This document shows, piece after piece, positions 17,371 to 33,895 of a DNA stretch of 64,000 nt; the first letter of the stretch is position 1; each line of letters starts with the position of its first letter. A program made the translations under genes and the position numbers. A model generated the notes under the pieces. It had not been told where the DNA came from, did no database searches, and saw nothing but the letters and a program-made list of their open reading frames with translations. The DNA is taken from contig CP086569.2 in assembly GCA_009914755.4 (NCBI GenBank), positions 3,552,001 to 3,616,000 of the forward strand, read 5' to 3'. This DNA is from the human T2T-CHM13v2.0 reference genome, Homo sapiens.

Positions 17371-17889
17371 TATTTCTAGTGCAATTTATTTACAGTGAAG
17401 AAAATGTCTGAGATATATGACATATGATCTTCCTCAGAAAAAAATGTTTTAACAACAAACACCAATTTCATTTTGTCTTCTCTTTCCCATGTGCGTGATG
17501 TATTCCCTTGCTAAACTTATTCAAGACTTTCTTGCTGCTATTGAAATAAAGACAGATATATTTAACTTGGCCTTTAAATTCTTGTATGATTTTAACCCTG
17601 TTTGTCATTTCAGCCTCATTTTATGTTATCTTCAATCTTCATCCAAAGCCCCATGTGACCTGAGATTGGACCTGTTGTTGCTCAACATTGGATAACTATA
17701 ATTTCCTGTATATGGTAGGTAGAGTGTAATATAAAGATTAACTGAATAAATAATTCAACAAACTGACACAGAAAATAACTAGAAAAAATAATAAATTATT
17801 AATTATTTCTAGTTTATTCTTGCTTTCAGAGAAAGGAAATATTGATATAATGAAGAAATTCAGTTCATAGCTTGTATAAACATTAATGT

Positions 17890-18471
17890 TAAGAAACCAA
17901 ATTTAAACGAAAAATAAAATTTTAAGCCCCCCAGCCAAGCATCTAAATGGACCACATCTTTTGGCCAAGAGCATTCCAAAATTAACGAGAAAAACTAGCT
18001 CAGACCATGATGGGAAAGAACCAAGGATACCTCATTATACCCTCCTCCCTTTTGGAATTACTAATAGAATAAACTCTTTAAGTCTGATAAGAAACATTTA
18101 CAATCTATTCTGTCTGAAACCTGCTACCTAGAGGCTTCATGTGCATGATAAATCCTTGGTCTCCACAACCTGTTTTTTGTAACCTGGACATTTCTTTCTA
18201 TTGACAATAACTCTTTCAATCAATTGTCAATCAGAAAATCTTTAAATCTACCTATGACCTGGAAGTCCCCAATTCGAGCCATCCCACCTTTCTGGACCAA
18301 ACCAATGTACATTTTACATGTATTGATTAATGCCTTATGTCTCCCTAAAATGTATAAAATCAAGTTGTACCCTGACCAATTGGTCACATAATCTCAGGAT
18401 CTCCTGAGGGCTGTGTCACAGTCCATTTGTCCCTTATATTGGACTCAGAATAAATCTCTTCAAATATTTTA
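17890..18471 (+). mobile_element. Probable class I ERV solo LTR (MER41-like)
   Basis: Promoter-like layout on the plus strand: CCAAT (caatcaattgtcaatcag at about 18218), TATA-like aaatgtataaaatcaag at about 18350, AATAAA at 18449, and a terminus ...tcttcaaatattttaca ending in CA. The core ctcctgagggctgtgtcacagtccatttgtccc resembles ERV1 LTRs. Family and the exact 5' boundary are uncertain. Confidence 0.45.
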
Positions 18472-20311
18472 CAGTTTGACTATTTTTGTACACACAAACA
18501 AAAAATAGGCTAAATCTTAATATATCTTCTTGTCTATGCTCAGGCAGTTTATATCTAAACACCTTAAATGAATAGGTTACTGGTATTTTAAGATTTAAAA
18601 GAAAAGTACAAGATTTTTATTTCATATGACACAAATAAAATACCATTTTCACTCATCTAACATGTGGATTGACAGATTGCAGATATCATCCATTACCTGA
18701 ATATTACAGATACTAAATTTGGAAAATAAGGGCTCAACCTAGTCATTTCTCAGAAAATTTCTTCCCAATACTGGTGAGTTATGAAATCTGTTATGTTTCA
18801 ACTCTTAGGGTTATTATTTTCTAATAGTGCATCTATGTTCTAGAAAGGCAGTGTTATGCAATACAAAAGAAGCAATCTTTAATGTAGAAGACTGATTACG
18901 TTTAAGTGACATATCTGCCACCATAAAATCACAATCAAGTCACTTAACTTTTCTGTATACTTTTTCTGTATTTTTTCTGTAACATTGTTTGGTAGGAAAA
19001 TCAGGGGTCATTATAACTCTGCCAACTGCATAGAATTAATTTGAGGGAATCAACTGTAGTAATAAATGTGCTTTGAAAATTATATATTGGTATAAATTTA
19101 AAATATAACTAAATAATAGTCTCATTATAAGTAAGAACTACATAAAACAAATAAGATTCATCTTTGTTGAGGCTTATATCCTCTATTTGCTTAATATACA
19201 TTATTTCATTTAATACATGGCAACAGTTTTAAGCATTAATTATTTAACATTACCAACTTATAGATCAAGGAGCAAATTCATGTACAGGTTAAATCATTTT
19301 TCTAGGGTTACATAGTGGTGTAGCTGGTCTTTCTTGTGCCATACTTCATGCTTCATCAATAGTATCATAGAAAATCATGTTGTCTCCCAGAAAGTATAAT
19401 ACAGCCCATTGAAAAAAATCTCACGTAATTGTAAACATTTTTAGTCATTTTATCCAATATTTTGAGCAACATCCCAAATACAAATCATTTTACTATAATG
19501 TGAATCAGGTATGCCATTTCACAATTTTAAGTATAGGAAATTGTTTATCCTATAAACCAAAAAGCAACTGAGACAATTTAGAAGTTTATTTCACCAAAGT
19601 CAAGGACAATGCCAAGGAGAAAAAAATAAAATAAAATAACAGAAACAGCCTATGATCTGTGTCTTTCTTCAGAGATTACTTTGAGAAATTCAATATTTAT
19701 AGGGAAAAGCGGGCTGGAGGGAATAGAGGAAGGGTTTGGTAATCCACATGTTGCAATAGAAAAGAAGCAGGTAGGGGAATAGCCAATTGTGTACTTGTCT
19801 CATGCTCGGTAAATCAAATTTGCACTTTATATAACATAATGTGAATATAGAATAGCCACCTGTGGAGATATTTAACCTTTTATCTGTAGGTATCTGTTTA
19901 GGAACAAAAGGAAAGGCCAGTTCTTACATGACTCTTCTTACAGCTTTTTTTCTCTTGTCATAGTTAATTGGGGTCTCGGTTTTTTATTTTCCTTTCACAA
20001 TCTTAAAGTCAATTGCTCTCGAACATGTGAAATAACATTTTTCTTCAAAAGTCTAATTCCTGGATAAATGTACTTCTAGGAGGGCCAAGAAGTATTGAGG
20101 TCATGCATCACTGTATTTCTTCCTATGTTACCTAAGCCAAGATTGCCCTGGTTACCTAGGGCGCCCAGTGCATGTTTAACAATGCAGGAATAGGTGGTGG
20201 TACAAAATAGAATTCCACTAACTGGCCAAAACAAATAGCCAATATTATTTTTTTTAAGGGCACACTTTCTTTTCATTTGGTAACATGTCATTAAAAAAAT
20301 ACTAGTCCCCA

Positions 20312-20696
<385 letters not shown>

Positions 20697-22501
20697 TCAT
20701 ATATTTATAGATAGTATTTCACCTGAACTTATATTTTATCTAGCTGTCACCAAATTTCTCAGAGTGTATGCAATATTAATCTTTTTAGTAATAAAATTTT
20801 ATTTATAAATAATGCATTGTTAATATTAAAAAAAAAACTGTAGGATCTACAGGTACAGCTGAGCAGAGATCTAGCTTCTATATTATTACAAATAATAACA
20901 GATAGCCAGTGCTTTTAAGCAGTGTGTGGTAGAGGGAGGTATAATGCATATATGATCATTTTGGGTTCCAGTTCTTTCTTTTTCTTGAAGAATTGGTCCA
21001 CTTGTTTTGTTCTGATAATTGCTGTGGGAGTTTGGGTAACTTTAGGCACATGGAATGTTTGAGATGTGAAAGCCAAGGGGAATTAAAGGATGATTGTTAG
21101 TTAATGGCAATGCAAATGATGCATGACTCATCCAGTTAAAGCTCAGTTGAACTCATCTCTCTTACATTAAGCACATGTATTATTTCCTGATTTTTTAAAA
21201 TCAAAAAGCGCACATTTCACATAGAAGTTCTAGAAAAATTATTTGGAAGTGATTGGTAAATATGCATTTTAATCAGACAAACAAAGCATAGTTTCTGGGC
21301 CATCTGCCATAAATATTTTTGTATTTTAATTTTATATTGCTAACTACAAAATGTTTACTAAAACCTTACCTGTAATATTCAGTTAGTTAAAATAAAAGTA
21401 CATATTGATTTTATTTTTAAACTCTATCTTTGGAGACACAGTCCTAAGTTGATTAATTAGTTGCATGACTGACAAACTCAGAAATATTATAATAAATGCC
21501 ATTCTATAAATAAGGCTTCAAGTTGTTGTTAGGTTTTAATGATTTGTTCCAAAAGGAGCAAAAGCCCTGCTAGTCTTTTTCATTAAAAAAATATATATAT
21601 TTTGCAATGTTTGATGCATTTATTAAATGGTAAAATTATTATCTATAAAGATGGCTCCTTATATGGTTTTTAAATCCTGTACAATTGAAAAATAACCTTT
21701 GGAGTACTTAATTTCAATTTAGATATTAAATTAAAAACAACAGTTTATTATCAGTGTAATACTTTCTGAAAGTATTCAAACTGCGAAAGTTATTTTGTGT
21801 TCAGGAATTGCGCCATTCTTCTTTTAAAATACCACCTAAATCTACGGACATCAAGATAAAATGTTAAAAATCCAAAATATCTTACCGATGATAAATGTTC
21901 TCTAATATAAATAAAATTACATTTTTTCCTGAAATAATATATAGAATTTTCAAACCAAATAAAAAATTTGTTATAACTTTTCTAATAATGTTTATTTTTA
22001 ATTTCTTCAATACTAGATTTATAGTGCATATTTCTTGATGCTATTTTTCCATGTAATCTATTTCAATTTTCTATTTATTATTATTATTTTATTAATATTT
22101 AACTATTGGTATTGTTTTACAGTAATCTATGAAAAGTTTAGAATTACCATCAATATTTAAAGCATTCAAATCTCAGTACCACGAGTCACAAGCCATCTTA
22201 ACGGGGAAATTAACTACGATCATTCAGCTTTCCTAAATTACTATTGGCACTCATATAATAAATATTTAAAGTTTATGTATAAAATTTTAGTGTCTAAAGA
22301 GACCTTAGCCATCATCTCTATAGTTTTTCCTCTAGATAAGGATAGAGATTGTATACTATTCAACTTGGCTTCTTTTCACATGTATCTTTGAATGACTAAC
22401 AATACATACAAAACACTCAATAAACATTTGATAAATTAGCTAGGGCACAATGCTTAAATAATTTAGCTGGCTTTTCCAAAGTCACACAAATACTTAATGT
22501 C

Positions 22502-23062
22502 TGTATTAATTTTCTATCGCTGACATAAAAAAATAAATGTACCAGCTTAAAACAAGAGAAATATATTATCTCACAGCTTCTTTAGATCAGAAGTCTGGGT
22601 GTACTAAACTAGGACATCTGCATAGGATCTCAGGAGGCTGAAATCATGTTTGTAGTGCTGTGTTCTTCCCGGAGAATCTGGAGGAAAATATACTTTTGAG
22701 CTCATGTTGTCTGCTGGACGAATACAGTTCCTTGGGAATTATATGCCTAAAGCCCCATTTCCTTGTTGGTTATCAGATGGGATCAATCTGTGCTTCAAAA
22801 GGCTCTTACATTTCTTCTCATGCTTTCCATAGGGCTCCCTCCAGCAATGGTGACTCAGGTTCTTCACATGCTTTTAAACTTTCTGGCTTCTCTTTCTGCT
22901 GTATCTCAGACTCAAAAAAAAAAAATTCCTTGTTTTTGGATAACCAGGATAATTTCTCTACATTAATTACATCTGCAAATTATCTGTTCCATGTAGTATA
23001 AAACATTTACATATTCCAAAAATGAGGACACTAACATCATTGCAGGGGTATTCTACTTACCA
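22502..23062 (+). mobile_element. MaLR solo LTR, MLT1-type
   Basis: tgtattaattttctatcgctgacataaaaaaataaatgtaccagcttaaaacaagagaaatatattatctcacagcttctttagatcagaagtctgggtg ... cttcacatgcttttaaactttctggcttctctttctgctgtatc ... ataatttctctacattaattacatctgcaaattatctgttccatgtagtat ... ggggtattctacttaccaca follows the MLT1 consensus architecture (tgtc.taaaaaattaccacaaacttagtggcttaaaacaacacaaatttattatcttacagttctggaggtcagaagtc ... ttcctaccaca). The 113-aa ORF at 22660-23001 lies inside it. Confidence 0.65.
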
Positions 23063-23496
23063 CAATGTCAAAGTCTTGCATATAATTCAGTACCTTTCTT
23101 GCTGTCTTTCTACAAAAATTTGGCTGTAATTCCTTTAAAAAAAGAAATATGAACAGGACAGGACAATAATCTGTGATCAAGAAACTCATCTGTAATTTGC
23201 ACTTCAGGATTTTCTGTATTATTCTTGCAACTTCTGATTAATTCATAGTTATTTTCAAATACAAACTGCAAAAAGAAATACAAAGCACAAGGGAAATATG
23301 TATTTTTAGAATATGACTTTCTATAATACATGTTGTATTGATATAAGAAATGTGACCATTAAGGTAGAGTGATTATAAGTAGATATATTAAATAGTTGTT
23401 ATATAAGTGGGAAAATATTCTAAAATCTTGAAATTCAAGAGACTACTTGTAACAAGAGAGCATAAGTTTTACCTAATCAGAAAGAAACTTATGACT

Positions 23497-23810
<314 letters not shown>

Positions 23811-24324
23811 TTATGATACTAACACCAAATCTAGATTAGAAAGCAACTGAAGTGCAATTGTTCAGACCAAACACTGACATTATTCTGTGGTTAACTTATT
23901 TACTATGATGTTGTGGCTGCAGATATTGGAAGCCCAAAGCACTATTTGCATGTATTTAAACAAGTAGAATAGAAAAAATCATAAAGACCACAAATATGTA
24001 GAAGGGAATCTGATGATTGAAAAAACCCTAATTCCTTCTCATTAGAGGGTAATGTTTGGCTAAAGAAAAAAATTAGAAAAATTGCAGGAATATTGTCTCA
24101 ATCTAAACAATAGGTTGTTGGAGAAAAAAGATATAGTTTATATTTATAAAACATAATATAACTATAATGTAAATAAAATGGACAAATTACTAGAAACACA
24201 CAACCTACCAAAACTGAATCATGAACAAACAGAAAATTTGAACATATCTATAAGTAGAAAAGATATTGAATCATAACCAATACTCTGCCCAAAAGAAAAA
24301 CTCAGCAACATATGATTTCACTGG

Positions 24325-27065
<2,741 letters not shown>

Positions 27066-27372
27066 ACTGGCGGATTATACCAAACATTTAAAGAAGAAAT
27101 AACACCAACGTTTCTGAAACTTAAAAAAAAAAAATGAAGTGGAGAGAACACTCCTTAACTAATTCTATGAGGCCAGTTACTCTGATACCAAAACTAGACA
27201 ACAAAAGTACAAGTAAAGCAAGGTACAGCCAAATATTCCTGATTAATAGTGATGCAAACATTGTCAACAAAATAGTAGCAAAGAGAATTTGAGTATTTTA
27301 AAAGGATTATACACCATCAAAAATGTGGTTTTTATTCTGGAATGTAAGGAAAATTCACCCTATAAAAATCAA

Positions 27373-30300
27373 TCAGGGTATTCCCAAGATGGCTGACTAG
27401 AAGCAGCTAGGGTGTGTGGCTTTCATGGAGAGAAATGGAAGGGGTGAGCAAATACGGTACCTTCAGCTGAAACATCCAGATGCTTACATTGGAACTACTC
27501 AAGGAAACAGCTCGACCCCTGAAGAATAGAGAATAGTAAGGCAGTTTGATGGCCCATCTGGGAACAATACAGTGCAAAGGGAACCTCCCCTACCCAGGGA
27601 AGTGGTGAGTGAATGTGCAACTTCAGAAAACCACACTCATCTCACAGATCTTTCCAACCATCAGGTTAAGAGATCCCCTGGTGAACCCACTTCAACAAGG
27701 CCTTCAGGCTGACACACAGAGCTACTTGGAGCCTTGGCAAAGCTGCCACTCAGGCACATATGGAGACATGGAAGCTTTGGATATTGTAGATTTCTGGGCT
27801 TCCCAGTAGAAGTAACTGTCACTCTGAAAAAGTGGGTGGTTAGAGCCCCATACATACCTCTAGGAAAGAGGCTGGAGCCAGGGTCCCAATCAGTGAAGGT
27901 CTGCAGGCCCCACTTCCACTGTGACTCACAGGATAAGACCCACTGGCTTGGTTTGATAGCCAGCCACCAGTAGCAATATTGTGCCTACCTTAGACAGAGT
28001 TCATGGTGGGGAGGAGTAGGCTGCCAGCTTTGCTGTTGGGGTACCTTGGACATTCCAGCCTGTGAGCTTTGGAGAGCCCAAGCCAACTGAGGCAGAAGAG
28101 GTACCCCAGCACAGCAGAGCTGCTCTACAAAAGCATGAATATATTGCTTCTTTAAGTGTGTTCTCAATCTTGTTCCTCCTCACTAAGGTGGAACCTCCCA
28201 ACCAGAGCCTTGAGCCACACCCACCAGTGTTCTCCAGCTGAAGGGATTTGGAAACTTGCTGGGACAAAACTTCCAGAAGGAGGTGCAGGTTGCCATCTTT
28301 GCTGTTTGGATGACTCAGCAGTTCTGGCTTTCCAGCCTTGGAGAGTCCAAGCCTACAGGGGGTGGAAATGGTACCTCAACACAGCACAGTGGCCCCACAA
28401 AAACATGGCCATACTGCTTTTTAAGCAGGTCCCTGACCCCATTCCTCATCACTGAGTGGAGCCCCTGAACTAGGATCTGTGGCTACCCTCACCAGTGTTC
28501 TCTGGCTGACAGAAGATTTGGGCCTCCTTGGGATGCAGCTATCAAGAGGAGAGACAGGCCACCATCTTGGCTGTTTGGATGACTTATCCATTCTAGCCTT
28601 TGGGTTTCAGAGTGTCTGAGGCTGCCAGAGGTGGACATGAACCCCCAGAAGAGCACAGCTGCTCTACAAAAACATGATCAGACAACTTTTTTAATGAGGC
28701 CCATGATCTCATTCCTCCTGCCTGGGTGAGACCTCCCAAATGGGTTCTTCAGCCGTTTCCTACAGGTGCGTTTGGGCCAGCAAGAGGTCTGTACCTCCCT
28801 GGGACAGAGCTCCCAAAAAAAGGAGAAAACTGCCATATTTGCTGTTTTCTAGCTTTCACTGGTGTTACCTCCAGGTACTGGAAAAACTGGGACCCCAAGC
28901 ATACTGCAGCAGCCTTATGGAAAGGTAGGCAGAATGTTATATATTTAAAAGAAGCAGCAACCTCAAAGATTGAAGGTAGATAAGCCCTAAATATGAGAAA
29001 GAATCAGTGCAAGATTGCTGAAAACTCAGAAAGCCAGTGTTCCTTTTACTGTAAATGACTGCGTCACCTCTATAGCAAAGATTCGAAACCAGGCTGAGGC
29101 TGAGAAGGCTGAAATGACAGAAATAGAATTCAGAATATATATAGGAATGAAGTTTACTGAGCTAAAGGAGTATGTTGTAACCCAATGCAAAGAAGTTAAG
29201 AATCATGATAAAACAATACAGGAGCTGACAGAGAAAACAGCCAGTATAGAAGAGAATATAACCAACCCAATAGAGCTGAACAACACACTACAAATAGTTC
29301 ATAATGCAATCACAAGTATTAATAGAAGAATAGACCAAGTGGAGGAAAGAATCTTGTAGCTTGAAAATTGTCTTTCTGACACAAGACAGGAAGACAAGAA
29401 TAGAGAAAAAAAGAATAAAAAGGAATGAACAAAATCTTCGAGAAACATGGAATTATGTAAAGAGAACAAATCTATGATCGTTTGGTGCACCTGAAAGAGA
29501 CTAGAAGAATGGAAACAACTTGGAAAACATTTTTCATGACGTATCCATGAAAAATTCCCTAACCTAGCTAGAGAGGCCAACATTCAACTTTAGGAAATGC
29601 AGATAACCCCAGTAAGACACTCTATGAGAAGATCATCCCCAAGACAAATAGTCATCAGACTCTCCAAGTGTCAAATGAAATTAAAAAAATCTTAAAGACA
29701 GCTAGAGAGAAAGGACAGATTAACTACAAAGTAAAGGCCCATCAGACTAACAGCCGACCTCTCAGAAGAAACTTTACAAGCCAGAAGAGATTAGGGGCCA
29801 ATATTCAACATTTTTAAGAAAAGAAATTCCAGCCCAGAATTTCATATCCAGCCAAACTAATCTTCATATGCAAAGAAGAAATAAGGTCCTTCACAGAGAA
29901 GCAAATGCTGAGAAAATATGTTACTCTCAGACTTGCAATAAAGCACTAAATATGGAAAGGAAAGAATATTACCAAGAACTACAAAAAACACACTGAACTA
30001 CACAGACCAGTGACACTATAAAGCAACCATATAAAGAAGTCTGCAAAATAATCGGCTAACGTCATGATGAAATAATTAACAAAGAAACTACTAGGTAGAC
30101 TGATAAATAGGAAAAGATATAGGATTCAAATAAACACAGTCAGAAATGACAAGAGGGATATTATCACTCACCCCAGAGCAATGCAAGCAACCATTGGAGA
30201 ATATTATGAACATCTGCGTGCACACAAACTAGAAAATCTAGAATAAATGGATAAAGTAATGGAAACTTACACCCTCCAGAAATGAACCAGGGAGAATTTG

Positions 30301-33028
30301 AATCTCTGAACAGACCAATATGAGCTCTGAAATTGAGTCAGTAATAAATAGCCTATAAACCAAAAAGAGCCCAGAACCAGGTGAATTCACAGCTGATTTC
30401 TACCAGATGTACAAAGAAGAGTTGACACTATTCCTACAGAAGCTATTCCATGAAATTGAGTAGGAGAGACTTCTCCTCAATGAGGCCAGCATTATCCTGA
30501 TGCCAAAATCTGGCAGAGATAACAAAAAAGAAAACATCAGACGAACATGCTTGAACATAAATGCAAAAATTCTCAACAAAATATTGACACACCGAATCCA
30601 GTAGCACGTCCAGAAGCTTATCCACCATGATCAAGGAGACTTCATATCTGGGATGCAAGGTTGGTTCAACATAAGCAAATCAATATATGTGATTAATTAC
30701 ATAAACAGTACTAAAAACAAAAAAGAAAGACACAATTATCTCAGTAGATGTAGAAAAGACTTTTGATAAAATTCAACATCCATTCATGTTAAAAATCTAA
30801 ATAAAGGTATTGGAAAAACATCTCAAAATAATAAGAACCATCTATGACAAATCCACAGCCAACATTATTCTGAATGGGCAAAAGCTGGATGAATTCTTCT
30901 TAAAAACCAGCACAAGGAACGAATGCCCTCTTTCACCACTATTAGTAAACATAGCATTGGAAGTTCTAGCCAAAACAATTAGACAAGAGAAAGAAATAAA
31001 GGGCATCCAAAAAGGAAGAGAGAAAGTACAACTATCCCTGTTTGCAGATTACATGATCCTGTATCTAGAAAACCCCATATTCTCAGCTGGAAAGCTTCGT
31101 AAGCTGATAAGCAACTTCAGCAAAATCTCAGAATACAAAATCAATATGCGAAAGTTACTACCATTTCTATACTTCAACGACAGCCAAGAGCCAAATTAGA
31201 AACAAACTCCCATTCACAATTGCCAGAAAAAAATTAAAATATCTAAAAATACAGCTAGCTATGGAGGTGAAATATCTCCACAAATAGAACTACAAACCAC
31301 TGCTCAAAAAAAGTCAGAGATGACACAAACAAATGCAAAAACATTCCATGCTCATGGATGGAAAAAATCAATATTTTTTAAATGGCCATACTACTCAAAG
31401 CAATTTATAGAGTCAATGCTATTCCTATTAAATCACCATTAACATTCTTCACAGAAACAAAGAAAACTATTTTAAAATTCATATAAAACCAAAAAGAGCC
31501 TCAATGGCCAAGGCAACTGTAAGTAAAAAGAAAAAAAGAAAAAAACAAGCTGGAGGCATCACTGTACCTGACTTGAAACTACTATATAGGGCTACAGTAA
31601 CCCAAACAAATGGGACTGGTACAAAAACAGACAGATAGACCAATGGAACAGATTAGAGTACCTAGAAATAAGAAGAACATGAACCTACAACTAACTCATC
31701 ATTGACAAACCAGACAAAAACAAGCAATGGGAAGAGCATTCCCTATGCAATAAATGGTGCTGGTATAACAGGCCAGACATATGCAGGAGATTGAAACTGA
31801 AACCCTTCTTTACACCATACAAAAAAATTACGTCAAGATGAATTAAAGACTTAAATGTAAAACCCAAAATTATAAAAACCCTGGAAGTCAACCTAGGCAA
31901 TACCAGTTAGGACATAGGCATGGGCAAAGATTTTATGATGAAGAAGTCAAAAACAATGTCAACAAAAGCAAAAATGGACAAATTGGATCTAATTAAACTA
32001 AAGAGCCTATGCACAACATTAAAAAAACTATCAACAAAGTAAACAGACAACCTACAGAATGGGAGAAATTTTTGCAAACTATGCATCCAACAAAGGTCTG
32101 ATATCCAGCATCTATAAGGAACTTAATGAATTTACAAGAAAAATACAAACAACCCTACAAAAAAGTGGGCAAAAAAACACGAACAGCACTTTTCAAAACA
32201 AGGCATATATGTTGACACCAATAATTTTTTAAAAGCTCAACATCACTGATTATTAGAGAAATGCAAATCCAAACCACAGTGAGATACCATCTAACACCAA
32301 TCACAAAGAATATTATTCAAAAGTTAAAAAGTAACAGATGTGAAGGTTGTGAAGAAAAAGGAACACTTACACACTGTAGGTGGGAGTGTAAATTAGTTCA
32401 GCCATTGTGGAAGACAGTGTGGTCATTCCTCAAAGGCCTAAAGACAGGAATCCAAAATCCTTGGATTTTGACCCCAAAATCCCATTACTGGGTATATACC
32501 CAAAGGAATATAAATCTTTTTATTATAAAGAAACATGTATGCATATGTTTTATAAAGAAACATGTATGCATATGTTTTTTGCAGCACTATTCACAAGAGC
32601 AAAGACATGAAATCATCCTTACATAACCATAAATGATAGACTAGATAAAGAAAATATGGTACTTATACATCATAGAATACTCTGCAGCCATAAAAAGAAT
32701 GAGATCTTGTCCTTTGCTGGGACACAGATGGAGTTGGAGGACATTATCCTTAGCAAACTAACACAGAAACAGAAAACCAAATACAGTATGTTCTTGCTAA
32801 TAAGTGGGAGATAAATGATAAGAACACATGGACTCATAGAGGGAAACAGCACACACACTATTGTCTTCCAGAGGGTGGGAGAAGGGAGAGGATCAGGAAA
32901 AATAACTAATGGGCACTAGACTGAATACCTGGTTGATGAAATAAACTGTACAACAAACCTTATGACACAAGCTTTTGTATGTAAAAAAAAAAAACCCTGA
33001 GTTTGTAACACTAAACCTAAAATAAAAG
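27373..33028 (+). mobile_element. Near-full-length L1 (L1P-type, 5.6 kb) nested in the L1M backbone. It has a 1.6-kb 5'UTR with tandem monomers, an ORF1 remnant, an ORF2 lacking the endonuclease domain, and a 3'UTR with poly-A
   Basis: The 5' end gggtattcccaagatggctgactagaagcagctagg resembles the L1PA start (ggg..ccaagatggccgaataggaacagctcc). The ORF1 region at about 28993-29990 contains the track ORF 29015-29359, which has the coiled-coil heptads of ORF1p. The ORF2 reverse-transcriptase and C-terminal remnants are the track ORFs 30810-31199 (..[68 protein letters not shown]) and 32261-32626 (..MQIQTTVRYHLTPI..CEEKGTLTHCRWECKLVQPLWKTVW). The 3' end is ..ggttgatgaaataaactgtacaacaaaccttatgacacaagcttttgtatgtaaaaaaaaaaaa (A-run ends 32994). 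The candidate TSD is taaaaatcaa at 27363-27372 and 33030-33039. Confidence 0.8.
28993..29990 (+). pseudogene. L1 ORF1 remnant (trimerisation coiled coil and RNA-binding region), disrupted by stops
   Basis: The translation includes ..AEAEKAEMTEIEFRIYIGMKFTELKEYVVTQCKEVKNHDKTIQELTEKTASIEENITNPIELNNTLQIVHNAITSINRRIDQVEERIL, followed by in-frame stops. Downstream DNA is still alignable to ORF1 (..agagaacaaatctatgatcgtttggtgcacctgaaagagactagaagaatggaaacaacttggaaaacatttttcatgac..). Confidence 0.7.
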
Positions 33029-33279
33029 CTAAAAATCAAAGGAAAACAGCACAGTAATGTAAAAAAAGAACAAATGGCACATGACCATCTCAATTGTTAC
33101 AGACAAAGAAATTTTGAAAATTTAATACCTTCTCATGATAAAAACACTTAAAAATAGTAATAAAAGGAAACTACCTCAATATAATAAAGACCGTATGTGA
33201 AAAGCCCACAGTTAAAATCACACATAATGGTGAAAACCTGAATTCCTTCTAAGAGTAAGAAAAAGAGAAGAATGTCTGC

Positions 33280-33679
33280 TGTCTTAGTTTATTCTGTGCT
33301 GCCATAACAGAAGACACGAGAATGGGTAATTTATAAATAATAGAAATTTATTTTCTCACAGTTCAGAATGCTAGGAAGTCCAAAAAAGGAATGCCAACAT
33401 CTGGTAAGAGCCTTCTTGCTGTGTCATCATATGGTGGAAGACATCACATGGCAGAACGAAAAAGAGAGAGACAGCCAGCGGGGATCAAACTTGGCCTTTT
33501 ATAAGAAACTTACTTCCTTGATAATAAAGCCTCCTCCACAATAACAGAATTGACGCCTTCATGAGAGTGGTGCTCCCATGATTCAAACACCTCCAATTAT
33601 GCCTCACCTCCCAACATCATCAAATTGGGGATCAAGTTTCCAACACATGAACTTTGGGGGACACAGTCAAACCATATCA
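33280..33679 (-). mobile_element. MaLR solo LTR, MST-type, inserted into the L1M backbone
   Basis: tgtcttagtttattctgtgctgccataacagaagacacgagaatgggtaatttataaataatagaaatttattttctcacagttcagaatgctaggaagtccaaaaaagg ... cctcccaacatcatcaaattggggatcaagtttccaacacatgaactttgggggacacagtcaaaccatatca is the reverse complement of the MST consensus (..ggacttcccagcctccagaactgtgag..aaataaacttcttttctttataaattacccagtctcaggtattttgttatagcaacagaaaatggactaagaca). Confidence 0.7.
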
Positions 33680-33872
33680 CCTGTTTTTGCACTTCTATTC
33701 AACATAGTACTGAAAGCCCTTACCAGGGCTTGCCAGAGCACTTAGGCAAGAAAAAAAAGGCATTCCTATGGGATAGAAAGAAGTAAAATTATCTTAAATA
33801 ACAGAAGATATGATATGATCTAATATGTGATCTAATATGTGATCTAATGTGTAGAAATCCCTAAATATTTAA

Positions 33873-33895
33873 CACACACACACACACACACACAC
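33873..33895. repeat. (CA)n microsatellite, about 11 units, next to a short 3-unit tandem gatctaatatgt repeat at 33826-33852
   Basis: aacacacacacacacacacacacacgtt; upstream gatctaatatgtgatctaatatgtgatctaatgtgt. Confidence 0.9.

Noticed and set aside
22660-23001. 113-aa ORF
   Set aside because: It is entirely inside an MLT1-type solo LTR (22502-23062).
32527-32580. 25-27-bp direct duplication ataaagaaacatgtatgcatatgtttt x2 inside the L1P ORF2 remnant
   Set aside because: The duplication is seen in the sequence, but it is a trivial slippage event in an already dead L1. It is of no further interest.
29015-32626. ORFs with clear protein homology (coiled-coil 114 aa; RT-like 129 aa; 121 aa)
   Set aside because: These are fragments of L1 ORF1 and ORF2 inside the nested L1P. 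I report them as mobile-element remnants, not host genes. ORF2 lacks the endonuclease domain and both ORFs carry stops.
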